Shown here: positions 6,185-13,755 of the stretch, piece after piece
Numbering within the stretch: the stretch's first letter is position 1
How the letters are laid out: every line of letters begins with the position of its first letter
IMG/VR virus record: IMGVR_UViG_2690316148_000003
DNA: 14,938 nucleotides
Source of the DNA: a virus
Lineage: Duplodnaviria > Heunggongvirae > Uroviricota > Caudoviricetes
Direction: 5' to 3' (one strand)
Notes under the pieces: model-generated
Databases searched by the model: none
What the model was told of the DNA's origin: nothing
The model's input: the letters and a program-made list of their open reading frames with translations, nothing else
Position numbers and translations under genes: made by a program

Positions 6185-6871
6185 ATGACTGTTCAAGTTG
6201 CTGTCAAAAACCTTTCCCCTGTCACTTATAACCAGATTCCTGTAATCACAACTGAGTTACTCGCCCGCCTTTACGGAACAGAAGCAATCCGTATACAGCA
6301 GAATCACCATGAAAATAAATCTCGATTTATTGAGGGAAAACACTTCTTTAAAGCTGTTGGTGATGAGCTCAAAAATTTGCGACTAGTTTTAAACGAGTCG
6401 CAAAATGAGGTGAAAATTTCTCCAAAAACCCGCTCCCTCATCCTCTGGACAGAACGCGGCGCAGCTCGTCACGCGAAGATGCTCGAAACCGATCAGGCAT
6501 GGGACGTGTTCGAAAAACTGGAAGACTGCTATTTCAGCCAGACTTCGAAAAGCGCAGGTCATCACGAGAAGAAAACCAGCGAGCTTTCTGCAAAAGATGC
6601 AAACAGTCTGGTATGGTTGTGGGATTATGCCAACCGCTCACAGGCATTATTCCGCGAACTGTATCCGGCGCTAAGACAAATTCAGTCTAACTATTCCGGC
6701 AGATGCCACGACTACGGTCATGAGTTCTCGTATGTTATCGGAATGGCGAGAGACGTTTTAATCAATCACACACGAGATGTTGATATTAATGAGCCAGACG
6801 GACCAACGAATCTTTCTGCATGGGTAAGACTTAAGAACAAAGAATTACCTCCTTCACTACATCACTACTGA
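6185..6871 (+). CDS. ORF6N-domain (antirepressor-type N-terminal domain) protein with an unassigned C-terminal half
   Basis: GAGGT RBS 4 nt before ATG 6185. N-terminal region ([16 protein letters not shown]...[22 protein letters not shown]...[15 protein letters not shown]) fits the ORF6N pattern as recalled. C-terminal ~110 aa not recognised. Confidence 0.7.
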   Translation: MTVQVAVKNLSPVTYNQIPVITTELLARLYGTEAIRIQQNHHENKSRFIEGKHFFKAVGDELKNLRLVLNESQNEVKISPKTRSLILWTERGAARHAKMLETDQAWDVFEKLEDCYFSQTSKSAGHHEKKTSELSAKDANSLVWLWDYANRSQALFRELYPALRQIQSNYSGRCHDYGHEFSYVIGMARDVLINHTRDVDINEPDGPTNLSAWVRLKNKELPPSLHHY

Positions 6872-6889
6872 CAGATTGCCAACGCAACG

Positions 6890-6914
6890 ACCCAGCTTCG
6901 GCTGGGTTTTTTAT
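6890..6914 (+). terminator. Rho-independent terminator
   Basis: ACCCAGC-TTCG-GCTGGGT hairpin followed by TTTTTTATT, immediately after the 6185..6871 stop. Confidence 0.7.
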
Positions 6915-6945
6915 TGCTGAATTTTCAATATGAGAGGACATGACA

Positions 6946-7200
6946 ATGAACGAGCTGATAAATAGCAACGCCATCAAAATGACCAGCATTGAAATCGCTG
7001 AGTTGGTGGGTAAGCGTCATGACAATGTGAAACGTACCATCGAAACGCTGGTTAAAAGTGGAGTTATCCGGCTTCCTCAAATTGAGGTTTCCGAAAGAAT
7101 CAATAACTTAGGGTTCAATGTTCAGTACGAGCATTACGTCTTCGAAGGCGAACAAGGTAAGCGCGACAGCATTATTGTCGTTGAAGGAGGTGTTGCATGA
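6946..7200 (+). CDS. Rha-family phage regulatory protein (short, Rha domain only)
   Basis: MTSIEIAELVGKRHDNVKRTIETL matches the Rha N-terminal motif as recalled. GAGAGGA RBS favours ATG 6946 over the track's 6940. Stop overlaps the next start (ATGA). Confidence 0.75.
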   Translation: MNELINSNAIKMTSIEIAELVGKRHDNVKRTIETLVKSGVIRLPQIEVSERINNLGFNVQYEHYVFEGEQGKRDSIIVVEGGVA

Positions 7201-7967
7201 ATGCCGTAATTATTGCCAACGCAGAAATCGTGCCGATTGAGTTTAATGGCGAGCGTGTTGTTACGTATCAAATGATTGCTGATATTCACGGGGTTCCAGT
7301 AGCCACTATTCAAAATGGCTATGCGCGAAACTCTGAGTATTTCATAGACAGGGAAGATACATATTTTATTGATTTTCATGAAAATACCTTTAGAAGGGGT
7401 TTTGAAATTCCTCCTCGTGGCATGCGAGTTTTCACTGAATCAGGCTATTTGATGCTGGTTAAAACCCTGCGCGACGAGACGGCGTGGAGAGTGCAACGTG
7501 AGCTTGTTCGCAATTATTTTCGTGGCCAAAAAGAAGATAAGTCAGCCTTGCCCGACTTCACAAACCCTGCTGAAGCCGCCAGAGCGTGGGCAAACGAATA
7601 TGAGCAGAAAGTGAAGCTGGAGCAACAACTCGCGATTGCCGCACCTAAAGTTGAGTTTGCCGATCGCGTTGGCGAGGCCAGCGGAATTTTGATTGGAAAC
7701 TTTGCAAAGGTTGTTGGTATTGGCCCAAACAAACTGTTTGCGTGGATGCGTGATCACAAAATCCTTATTGCTTCAGGTTCCCGGCGCAATGTGCCAATGC
7801 AGGAATATATGGATCGCGGCTATTTCACAGTGAAAGAAACAGCGGTCAACACAAATCACGGAATACAGATATCGTTCACCACAAAAATCACCGGGCGTGG
7901 TCAACAGTGGCTGACCAGAAAGCTGCTCGATAACGGAATGCTGAAAGTAACAGGGGAGGCTGCATGA
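7197..7967 (+). CDS. Phage antirepressor: N-terminal ORF6N/AntA-like domain plus C-terminal KilA-C (ANT) domain
   Basis: 256 aa. N-terminal ARNSEYFIDREDTYFI-type motif; C-terminal LFAWMRDHKILIASGSRRNVPMQEYMDRGYF resembles KilA-C. Translationally coupled at both ends. Confidence 0.8.
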   Translation: MNAVIIANAEIVPIEFNGERVVTYQMIADIHGVPVATIQNGYARNSEYFIDREDTYFIDFHENTFRRGFEIPPRGMRVFTESGYLMLVKTLRDETAWRVQRELVRNYFRGQKEDKSALPDFTNPAEAARAWANEYEQKVKLEQQLAIAAPKVEFADRVGEASGILIGNFAKVVGIGPNKLFAWMRDHKILIASGSRRNVPMQEYMDRGYFTVKETAVNTNHGIQISFTTKITGRGQQWLTRKLLDNGMLKVTGEAA

Positions 7968-8326
7968 ATGAGTACAGATTCACGCTTCCATACCCACCAT
8001 CGCTGAATACCTACTGGCGAAGACGGGGAAGCCAATACTACATCAGCGATAAAGGCCAGAAATACCGAAAAGACGTTCAGCAAATCATCCGCCAACTCAA
8101 GTTAGATATTTTCACCAAAGCACGACTCCGCATCAAAGTCATCGCAGACGTTCCAGACTCCCGCCGCCGCGACCTCGACAACATCCTGAAGGGGCTACTC
8201 GACTCTCTTATCCACGCCGGATTTGCGGAAGACGACGAGCAATTCGATGACATTCGCGTAATTCGTGGTGTGAAAGTACCAGGCGGAAGGCTTGGAATAA
8301 AAATCACCGAACTGGAGAACGTATGA
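7964..8326 (+). CDS. rusA: Holliday-junction resolvase RusA
   Basis: 120 aa. PYPPSLNTYWRRRG, PDSRRRDLDNILKGLLDSL and RLGIKITE match RusA as recalled. Confidence 0.85.
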   Translation: MNEYRFTLPYPPSLNTYWRRRGSQYYISDKGQKYRKDVQQIIRQLKLDIFTKARLRIKVIADVPDSRRRDLDNILKGLLDSLIHAGFAEDDEQFDDIRVIRGVKVPGGRLGIKITELENV

Positions 8327-8511
8327 ACGCCACAATTCAAACGATACCAGAGCTTCTTATCCAGACACGAGGCAATCAGACCGAAGTGGCGAGGATGCTT
8401 TCCTGCGCAAGAGGAACAGTGCTCAAGTACAACCGAGACAGCAAAGGCGAGCGTCACGTAATAGTTAACGGCGTCCTGATGGTCAAACAGGGCAAGAGGG
8501 GAAGACGATGA
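8323..8511 (+). CDS. ninH: NinH-like protein
   Basis: 62 aa. GNQTEVARMLSCARGTVLKY...VIVNGVLMV resembles lambda NinH. Located immediately upstream of Q, as in lambda. Confidence 0.65.
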   Translation: MNATIQTIPELLIQTRGNQTEVARMLSCARGTVLKYNRDSKGERHVIVNGVLMVKQGKRGRR

Positions 8512-9131
8512 GACTCGAAAGCGTAGCTAAATTTCATTCGCCAAAAAGCCCGATGATGAGCGACTCACCACGGGCTACGGCTTCTGACTCTCTTTCCGGT
8601 ACTGATGTGATGGCTGCTATGGGGATGGCGCAATCACAAGCCGGATTCGGAATGGCTGCATTTTGCGGTAAGCATGAACTCAGCCAGAACGACAAACAAA
8701 AGGCTATCAACTATCTGATGCAATTTGCACACAAGGTATCGGGGAAATACCGTGGTGTGGCAAAGCTCGAAGGAAATACTAAGGCAAAGGTACTGCAAGT
8801 GCTCGCAACATTCGCTTATGCGGATTATTGCCGTAGTGCCGCGACGCCGGGCGCAAGATGCAGAGATTGCCACGGAACAGGTCTGGCAGTTGATATAGCC
8901 AAAACAGAGCAGTGGGGGAGAGTTGTCGAGAAAGAGTGCGGAAGATGCAAAGGTGTCGGCTATTCAAGGATGCCAGCAAGTGCAGCATATCGCGCTGTAA
9001 CGATGCTAATCCCAAACCTCACCCAACCCACATGGTCACGCACTGTTAAGCCGCTGTATGACGCTCTGGTGGTGCAATGCCACAAAGAAGAGTCAATCGC
9101 AGACAACATTTTGAATGCGGTCACACGTTAG
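8508..9131 (+). CDS. Q: Late-gene antiterminator Q (lambda-type)
   Basis: 207-aa product appears essentially identical to phage lambda Q as recalled (MRLESVAKFHSPKSPMMSDSPRATASDSLSG...CRDCHGTG...CGRCKGVGYSRMP...NAVTR). Confidence 0.9.
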   Translation: MRLESVAKFHSPKSPMMSDSPRATASDSLSGTDVMAAMGMAQSQAGFGMAAFCGKHELSQNDKQKAINYLMQFAHKVSGKYRGVAKLEGNTKAKVLQVLATFAYADYCRSAATPGARCRDCHGTGLAVDIAKTEQWGRVVEKECGRCKGVGYSRMPASAAYRAVTMLIPNLTQPTWSRTVKPLYDALVVQCHKEESIADNILNAVTR

Positions 9132-9173
9132 CGGCATGATTGCCACGGATGGCAACATCTTAACGGCATGATA

Positions 9174-9210
9174 TTGACTTTTTGAATAAAGTTGGGTAAA
9201 TTTGACTCAA
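9174..9210 (+). promoter_or_regulatory. pR'-like late promoter with overlapping qut-like region
   Basis: -35 TTGACT (9174-9179), 17-bp spacer, -10 TAAATT (9197-9202). Closely matches the lambda pR' region as recalled (TTGACTtattgaataaaattgggTAAATTtgactcaa). Confidence 0.7.
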
Positions 9211-9366
9211 GAATGGCAGGTTTATATCCGTTCACATTCTTTCGGTTTTTTACCCACCTCATCTTTAAGTTGTGACTGCTCCCCGCCCTGTCGGGCGAGG
9301 GTTTACGGCGTTTTTCGCTAAGCGCACTGACATGCGCATCATAAACTCGGGAGCACATAGGAATAG

Positions 9367-9390
9367 AGCCTGCTTTCGGGATTTTTTATT
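9367..9390 (+). terminator. Candidate tR'-equivalent (end of a 6S-like late leader transcript)
   Basis: AGCCTGC...TTTCGGGATTTTTTAT resembles the lambda tR' 3' end as recalled and lies about 180 nt after the pR' start site. I could not identify a clean hairpin stem. Confidence 0.3.
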
Positions 9391-9391
9391 T

Positions 9392-9466
9392 GGGTCAGTC
9401 GTATAAAGGTCATTACGGAAGGCTGTTAACCTTCTTATCGTTGTTCGAGTCCACGCTGTCCCGCCA
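9392..9466 (+). tRNA. tRNA-like gene, anticodon GUU (Asn), with mismatches in acceptor, D and T stems; possibly degenerate
   Basis: Hand-folded cloverleaf: acceptor GGGTCAG/CTGTCCC (one T-T mismatch), perfect anticodon stem GAAGG/CCTTC with loop CTGTTAA, T-loop TTCGAGT, discriminator G, encoded CCA. Confidence 0.45.
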
Positions 9467-9471
9467 AATAT

Positions 9472-9547
9472 GCTGGTTTAGCTCTAATGGTAGAGCAGTC
9501 GCCTTGTAAGCGAATGGGTAGCGGTTCAAGTCCGTTAACCAGCACCA
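9472..9547 (+). tRNA. tRNA, anticodon UGU (Thr)
   Basis: Hand-folded cloverleaf: perfect 7-bp acceptor stem GCTGGTT/AACCAGC, D-stem GCTC/GAGC, anticodon loop CTTGTAA, T-arm AGCGG-TTCAAGT-CCGTT, discriminator A, encoded CCA. 76 nt. Confidence 0.75.
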
Positions 9548-9663
9548 TAACTGAGCCGTAGCCACTGGCTATCCTGAATTCATCAGTGACAGTTACGCTG
9601 CGGCCTTCTTTTCCCCTTCCCAATATAAGAACTACGCCATCCGTTATTTGCGGAGGTGAGGCT

Positions 9664-9879
9664 ATGAAATCCATGGACAAAATTTCAACGGGCATTGCCT
9701 ACGGCACCTCCGCCGGCAGTGCCGGCTACTGGTTTTTGCAGTGGTTGGATCAGGTCAGTCCGTCACAGTGGGCTGCGATTGGTGTGCTGGGAAGTCTGCT
9801 TCTGGGGCTTCTGACTTATCTGACAAATCTGTATTTCAAAATAAGAGAAGATAAGCGTAAGGCTGCGAGAGGTGAATAA
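9664..9879 (+). CDS. S: Class II holin (phage 21 S-type pinholin) with dual start
   Basis: [30 protein letters not shown]...[15 protein letters not shown] closely matches phage 21 S holin as recalled. Two in-frame starts (Met1 and Met4). RBS GGAGGTGAGG upstream; the track ORF begins further upstream at 9586. Confidence 0.85.
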   Translation: MKSMDKISTGIAYGTSAGSAGYWFLQWLDQVSPSQWAAIGVLGSLLLGLLTYLTNLYFKIREDKRKAARGE

Positions 9880-10376
9880 TGTCGCCATCATTACGCAAGG
9901 CTGTTGCAGTTGCTATTGGTGGCGGGGCTGTTGCTATAGCATCTGTGTTAATCACTGGCCCAGGTGGTAACGATGGTCTGGAAGGTGTCAGCTACATACC
10001 ATACAAAGATATCATTGGTGTATGGACTGTATGTCACGGACACACCGGAAAAGACATCATGCCTGGTAAAACGTATACCGAAGCAGAATGCAAAGCTCTC
10101 CTGAATAAAGACCTTGCCACTGTCGCCAGACAAATTAACCCGTACATCAAAGTCGATATACCGGAAACAACGCGCGGCGCTCTTTACTCGTTCGTTTACA
10201 ACGTGGGCGCTGGCAATTTCAGAACATCGACGCTTCTTCGCAAAATAAACCAGGGCGATATCAAAGGCGCATGTGACCAGCTACGTCGCTGGACATATGC
10301 TGGCGGTAAGCAATGGAAAGGGCTGATGACCCGTCGTGAGATTGAGCGTGAAGTCTGTTTGTGGGGGCAGCAATGA
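9879..10376 (+). CDS. R: SAR endolysin (phage 21 R-type lysozyme with N-terminal signal-anchor-release domain)
   Basis: 165 aa. Gly/Ala-rich N-terminal hydrophobic segment ([20 protein letters not shown]) followed by a lysozyme-like body; matches phage 21 R as recalled. Start overlaps the holin stop. Confidence 0.85.
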   Translation: MSPSLRKAVAVAIGGGAVAIASVLITGPGGNDGLEGVSYIPYKDIIGVWTVCHGHTGKDIMPGKTYTEAECKALLNKDLATVARQINPYIKVDIPETTRGALYSFVYNVGAGNFRTSTLLRKINQGDIKGACDQLRRWTYAGGKQWKGLMTRREIEREVCLWGQQ

Positions 10377-10822
10377 GCAGAGTCACCGCGATTATCTCCG
10401 CTCTGGTTATCTGCATCATCGTCCGCCTGTCATGGGCTGTTAATCATTACCGTGATAACGCCATTACCTACAAAGAGCAGCGCGACAAAAACGCAAGAGA
10501 ACTGAAGCTGGCGAACGCAACCATTACTGACATGCAGCAGAATGCACTCGATGCTAAATACACGAAGGAGTTAGCTGATGCGAAAGCTGAAAATGAAACT
10601 CTGCGCGCTGATGTTGCCGCTGGTCGTCGTCGGTTGCACATCAAAGCAGTCTGTCAGTCAGTGCGTGAAGCCACCACCGCCTCCGGCGTGGATAATGCAA
10701 CCAGCCCCCGACTGGCAGACACCGCTGAACGGGATTATTTCACCCTCAGAGAGCGGCTGATGACGATGCAGATGCAACTGGAAGGGGCACAGGAGTATAT
10801 CCGCACTCAGTGCATTAAGTAG
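10373..10822 (+). CDS. Rz: Rz inner-membrane spanin (i-spanin)
   Basis: ATG 10373 overlaps the R stop. N-terminal transmembrane segment then a coiled-coil-like body; near-identical to lambda Rz as recalled. Confidence 0.8.
   Translation: MSRVTAIISALVICIIVRLSWAVNHYRDNAITYKEQRDKNARELKLANATITDMQQNALDAKYTKELADAKAENETLRADVAAGRRRLHIKAVCQSVREATTASGVDNATSPRLADTAERDYFTLRERLMTMQMQLEGAQEYIRTQCIK
10578..10760 (+). CDS. Rz1: Rz1 outer-membrane lipoprotein spanin (o-spanin), embedded in the +1 frame of Rz
   Basis: Internal SD AAGGAG at 10564-10569 upstream of ATG 10578. Signal peptide with lipobox (LPLVVVGC), then a proline-rich mature part (PPPPPAW). Confidence 0.75.
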   Translation: MRKLKMKLCALMLPLVVVGCTSKQSVSQCVKPPPPPAWIMQPAPDWQTPLNGIISPSESG

Positions 10823-10864
10823 CCTTTTTATCGTGGTAAACATTTCGCAGGGTATGAGGTATTT

Positions 10865-11215
10865 ATGCCATCACTAATCCCACGTGCCTGCCGTAAGCGT
10901 GGATGTGCAGGTACAACCACAGACAGTTCGGGTTACTGCGATAAACATCGCGGTGAAGGCTGGGTGCAGCACCAGCGCGGACTGAGCCGCCACCAGCGTG
11001 GCTATGGCTCAAAATGGACGGTGATTCGTGCCCGTATTCTGAAGCGCGATAAAGGTCTGTGTCAGTTGTGTCTGCGTGTCGGTGTGGTGAGCGAGGCGAA
11101 AACCGTCGACCACATCATCCCGAAAGCGCATGGCGGAACAGACGCAGACAGCAACCTGCAGAGTCTGTGCTGGCCCTGCCATAAAGCGAAAACAGCGCGC
11201 GAACGAATCCGGTGA
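10865..11215 (+). CDS. HNH endonuclease (packaging-associated, HK97 gp74-like)
   Basis: 116 aa with Cys pairs and an HNH motif (VDHIIPKAHGG...NLQSLCWPCHKAKT). Positioned directly upstream of the small terminase. Confidence 0.85.
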   Translation: MPSLIPRACRKRGCAGTTTDSSGYCDKHRGEGWVQHQRGLSRHQRGYGSKWTVIRARILKRDKGLCQLCLRVGVVSEAKTVDHIIPKAHGGTDADSNLQSLCWPCHKAKTARERIR

Positions 11216-11235
11216 TAATTATTCTCACTTGTAGG

Positions 11236-11300
11236 GAGGGGCGGGGCAAATCCCTGTGACCTGACGTCTTCCGGACTGCCCGCCCCATCGTTTTTTTATA
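11236..11300. other. Candidate cos region or terminator: G-rich inverted repeat with ~26-nt spacer followed by a T-run
   Basis: GGGGCGGGGCA (11238-11248) and TGCCCGCCCC (11275-11284) are near-reverse complements; then ATCGTTTTTTTATA. Sits in the HNH to terS intergenic gap. Confidence 0.3.
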
Positions 11301-11336
11301 CCCGCGAAAAATGAAATTTAACCAGGAGTGCCGCAT

Positions 11337-11831
11337 ATGGCTGGAACGGCGGGGCGTTCCGGGCGTCGCCCCAAGCCAACGGCGCGCAAGGCGCTGGCCG
11401 GAAACCCCGGCAAGCGAGCCCTGAACAAAGATGAACCTGTTTTTACGCCCATCAAAGGTGTTGAGCCACCAGAGTGGTTCGCTGAAGAAGATCTCCCTCT
11501 CGCCACGATCATGTGGCAACTGACAACCAAAGAACTCTGCGGTCAGGGCCTGCTGTGCGTGACTGACCTGGCGGTACTTGAGCGGTGGTGCGTGGCCTAT
11601 GAGTTCTGGCGACGTGCCGTGAAAAATATTGCCATACAGGGCAACACCATCACCGGTGCAATGGGCGGCAGGGTCAAAAATCCGGAGCTGACCGCCAAAA
11701 AAGAACAGGAGTCCGAGATGAGCAGCACGGGGGCAATGCTCGGACTCGACCCCAGCAGCCGCCAGCGTCTGATTGGCCTGGCGGGGCAGAAGAAAGCCAC
11801 TAACCCGTTTCTGAAAATTATCGAATCATGA
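11337..11831 (+). CDS. Terminase small subunit (P27 family)
   Basis: AGGAG at 11323-11327, 9 nt before ATG 11337 (track ORF starts at GTG 11328). Basic N-terminus [14 protein letters not shown] typical of P27-family TerS. Stop overlaps the terL start. Confidence 0.8.
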   Translation: MAGTAGRSGRRPKPTARKALAGNPGKRALNKDEPVFTPIKGVEPPEWFAEEDLPLATIMWQLTTKELCGQGLLCVTDLAVLERWCVAYEFWRRAVKNIAIQGNTITGAMGGRVKNPELTAKKEQESEMSSTGAMLGLDPSSRQRLIGLAGQKKATNPFLKIIES

Positions 11832-13561
11832 GCCGGAAATCTTACCCCAACGTAAATGCTGCAAATCAGTATGCCCGGGATGTCGTGCGCGGAAAGATTG
11901 TTGCCTGCCAGTTTGTGATTCAGGCCTGCCAGCGCCATCTTGATGACCTGATGGCGGAAAAAAGTAAGTCGTTTCGTTACCGCTTCGACAAGGACCTGGC
12001 TGAACGGGCCGCGAAATTTATTCAGCTGTTGCCGCACACCAAGGGGGAGTGGGCATTCAAACGGATGCCCATCACGCTGGAGCCGTGGCAGCTATTTGTG
12101 ATCTGCTGTGCGTTTGGCTGGGTCAATAAAGGCACCCGGTTGCGCCGCTTCCGGGAGGTGTACACCGAAATCCCCCGTAAGAACGGCAAATCAGCAATCT
12201 CTGCCGGTGTTGCCCTGTATTGTTTTGCCTGTGATAACGAGTTTGGCGCGGAAGTGTATTCCGGTGCCACGACAGAGAAACAGGCGTGGGAAGTCTTTCG
12301 CCCGGCGCGACTGATGTGTAAACGCACACCCATGCTGACGGAAGCGTTCGGGATTGAGGTTAACGCCTCAAACATGAACCGTCCGGAGGATGGCGCGCGG
12401 TTTGAACCGCTGATCGGCAACCCAGGTGATGGTTCATCACCCCACTGTGCCGTGGTTGATGAATATCACGAGCATGCCACCGATGCGCTTTATACCACAA
12501 TGCTTACCGGGATGGGGGCGCGACGTCAGCCACTGATGTGGGCCATCACCACCGCCGGGTACAACATTGAGGGGCCGTGCTACGACAAGCGGCGGGAAGT
12601 CATCGAGATGCTCAACGGCTCGGTGCCTAACGATGAACTGTTCGGGATCATCTATACCGTTGATGAAGGTGACGACTGGACCGGCCCGCAGGTGCTGGAA
12701 AAAGCCAATCCAAATATTGGCGTGTCGGTTTATCGCGAATTTTTGTTAAGTCAGCAGCAGCGTGCGAAAAATAACGCCCGTCTGGCAAACGTCTTTAAAA
12801 CAAAACACCTCAATATCTGGGTGTCGGCGCGTTCGGCGTATTTCAACCTGGTGAGCTGGCAGAGCTGCGAGGATAAATCACTGACCCTTGAGCAGTTCGA
12901 GGGGCAGCCGTGCATTCTGGCCTTTGACCTGGCGCGTAAGCTGGATATGAACAGCATGGCGCGACTTTATACCCGCGAGATTGACGGTAAAACGCATTAC
13001 TACAGTGTGGCCCCGCGTTTCTGGGTACCGTATGACACGGTGTACAGCGTCGAGAAAAATGAAGATCGACGGACAGCCGAACGCTTTCAGAAATGGGTGG
13101 AAATGGGCGTTCTGACCGTTACCGATGGTGCGGAGGTGGATTATCGCTACATCCTCGAGGAGGCCAAAGCGGCGAACAAAATCAGCCCGGTCAGTGAGTC
13201 ACCCATCGACCCCTTCGGGGCGACCGGGTTGTCACATGACCTTGCTGATGAAGACCTGAATCCCGTCACTATCGTCCAGAACTTCACCAATATGTCCGAT
13301 CCGATGAAAGAGCTGGAAGCAGCGATTGAATCGGGACGTTTTCATCATGACGGCAATCCCATCATGACCTGGTGTATCGGCAACGTGGTCGGCAAAAACA
13401 TGCCGGGTAACGATGATGTGGTGAAACCCGTCAAAGAGCAGGCGGAAAACAAAATCGATGGTGCAGTTGCGCTGATTATGGCGGTTGGCAGAGCCATGCT
13501 GTACGAGAAAGAAGACACGCTGTCTGACCACATTGAGTCCTACGGGATCCGCTCGCTTTAA
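11828..13561 (+). CDS. Terminase large subunit
   Basis: 577-aa ORF in the expected position, with ATPase-like motifs ([18 protein letters not shown]) and a C-terminal nuclease-like region. Confidence 0.9.
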   Translation: MSRKSYPNVNAANQYARDVVRGKIVACQFVIQACQRHLDDLMAEKSKSFRYRFDKDLAERAAKFIQLLPHTKGEWAFKRMPITLEPWQLFVICCAFGWVNKGTRLRRFREVYTEIPRKNGKSAISAGVALYCFACDNEFGAEVYSGATTEKQAWEVFRPARLMCKRTPMLTEAFGIEVNASNMNRPEDGARFEPLIGNPGDGSSPHCAVVDEYHEHATDALYTTMLTGMGARRQPLMWAITTAGYNIEGPCYDKRREVIEMLNGSVPNDELFGIIYTVDEGDDWTGPQVLEKANPNIGVSVYREFLLSQQQRAKNNARLANVFKTKHLNIWVSARSAYFNLVSWQSCEDKSLTLEQFEGQPCILAFDLARKLDMNSMARLYTREIDGKTHYYSVAPRFWVPYDTVYSVEKNEDRRTAERFQKWVEMGVLTVTDGAEVDYRYILEEAKAANKISPVSESPIDPFGATGLSHDLADEDLNPVTIVQNFTNMSDPMKELEAAIESGRFHHDGNPIMTWCIGNVVGKNMPGNDDVVKPVKEQAENKIDGAVALIMAVGRAMLYEKEDTLSDHIESYGIRSL

Positions 13562-13572
13562 CTGAGGTAATT

Positions 13573-13755
13573 ATGATCATGCTGATTCTCGCGCCTCTGG
13601 TGGGCGTGCTGGGTGCGCTTTTGCTGGCGTATGGTGCCTGGCTGATTTATCCCCCGGCGGGTTTTGTTGTTGCCGGGGCGCTGTGCCTGTTCTGGTCGTG
13701 GCTGGTGGCGCGATATCTCGACCGTACACGGCAGTCTGTCGGCGGAGGTAAATAG
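13573..13755 (+). CDS. Small hydrophobic protein (60 aa, two predicted transmembrane segments)
   Basis: GAGGT RBS before ATG 13573. Product [26 protein letters not shown]...[14 protein letters not shown]. Stop overlaps the portal start. Confidence 0.5.
   Translation: MIMLILAPLVGVLGALLLAYGAWLIYPPAGFVVAGALCLFWSWLVARYLDRTRQSVGGGK

Noticed and set aside
9586-9663. N-terminal extension of the holin ORF
   Set aside because: The upstream part lacks an RBS and overlaps lambda-like leader sequence. The MKSM start at 9664 has a strong RBS and matches the holin family.
9128-9695. Minus-strand ORFs (9128..9358, 9435..9695) across the late leader and tRNAs
   Set aside because: They overlap the pR' promoter and the tRNA cloverleafs on the opposite strand; no expression signals.
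10361-10372. Track start of Rz at 10361 (non-ATG)
   Set aside because: ATG at 10373 overlapping the endolysin stop gives the expected Rz N-terminus (MSRVTAIIS...).
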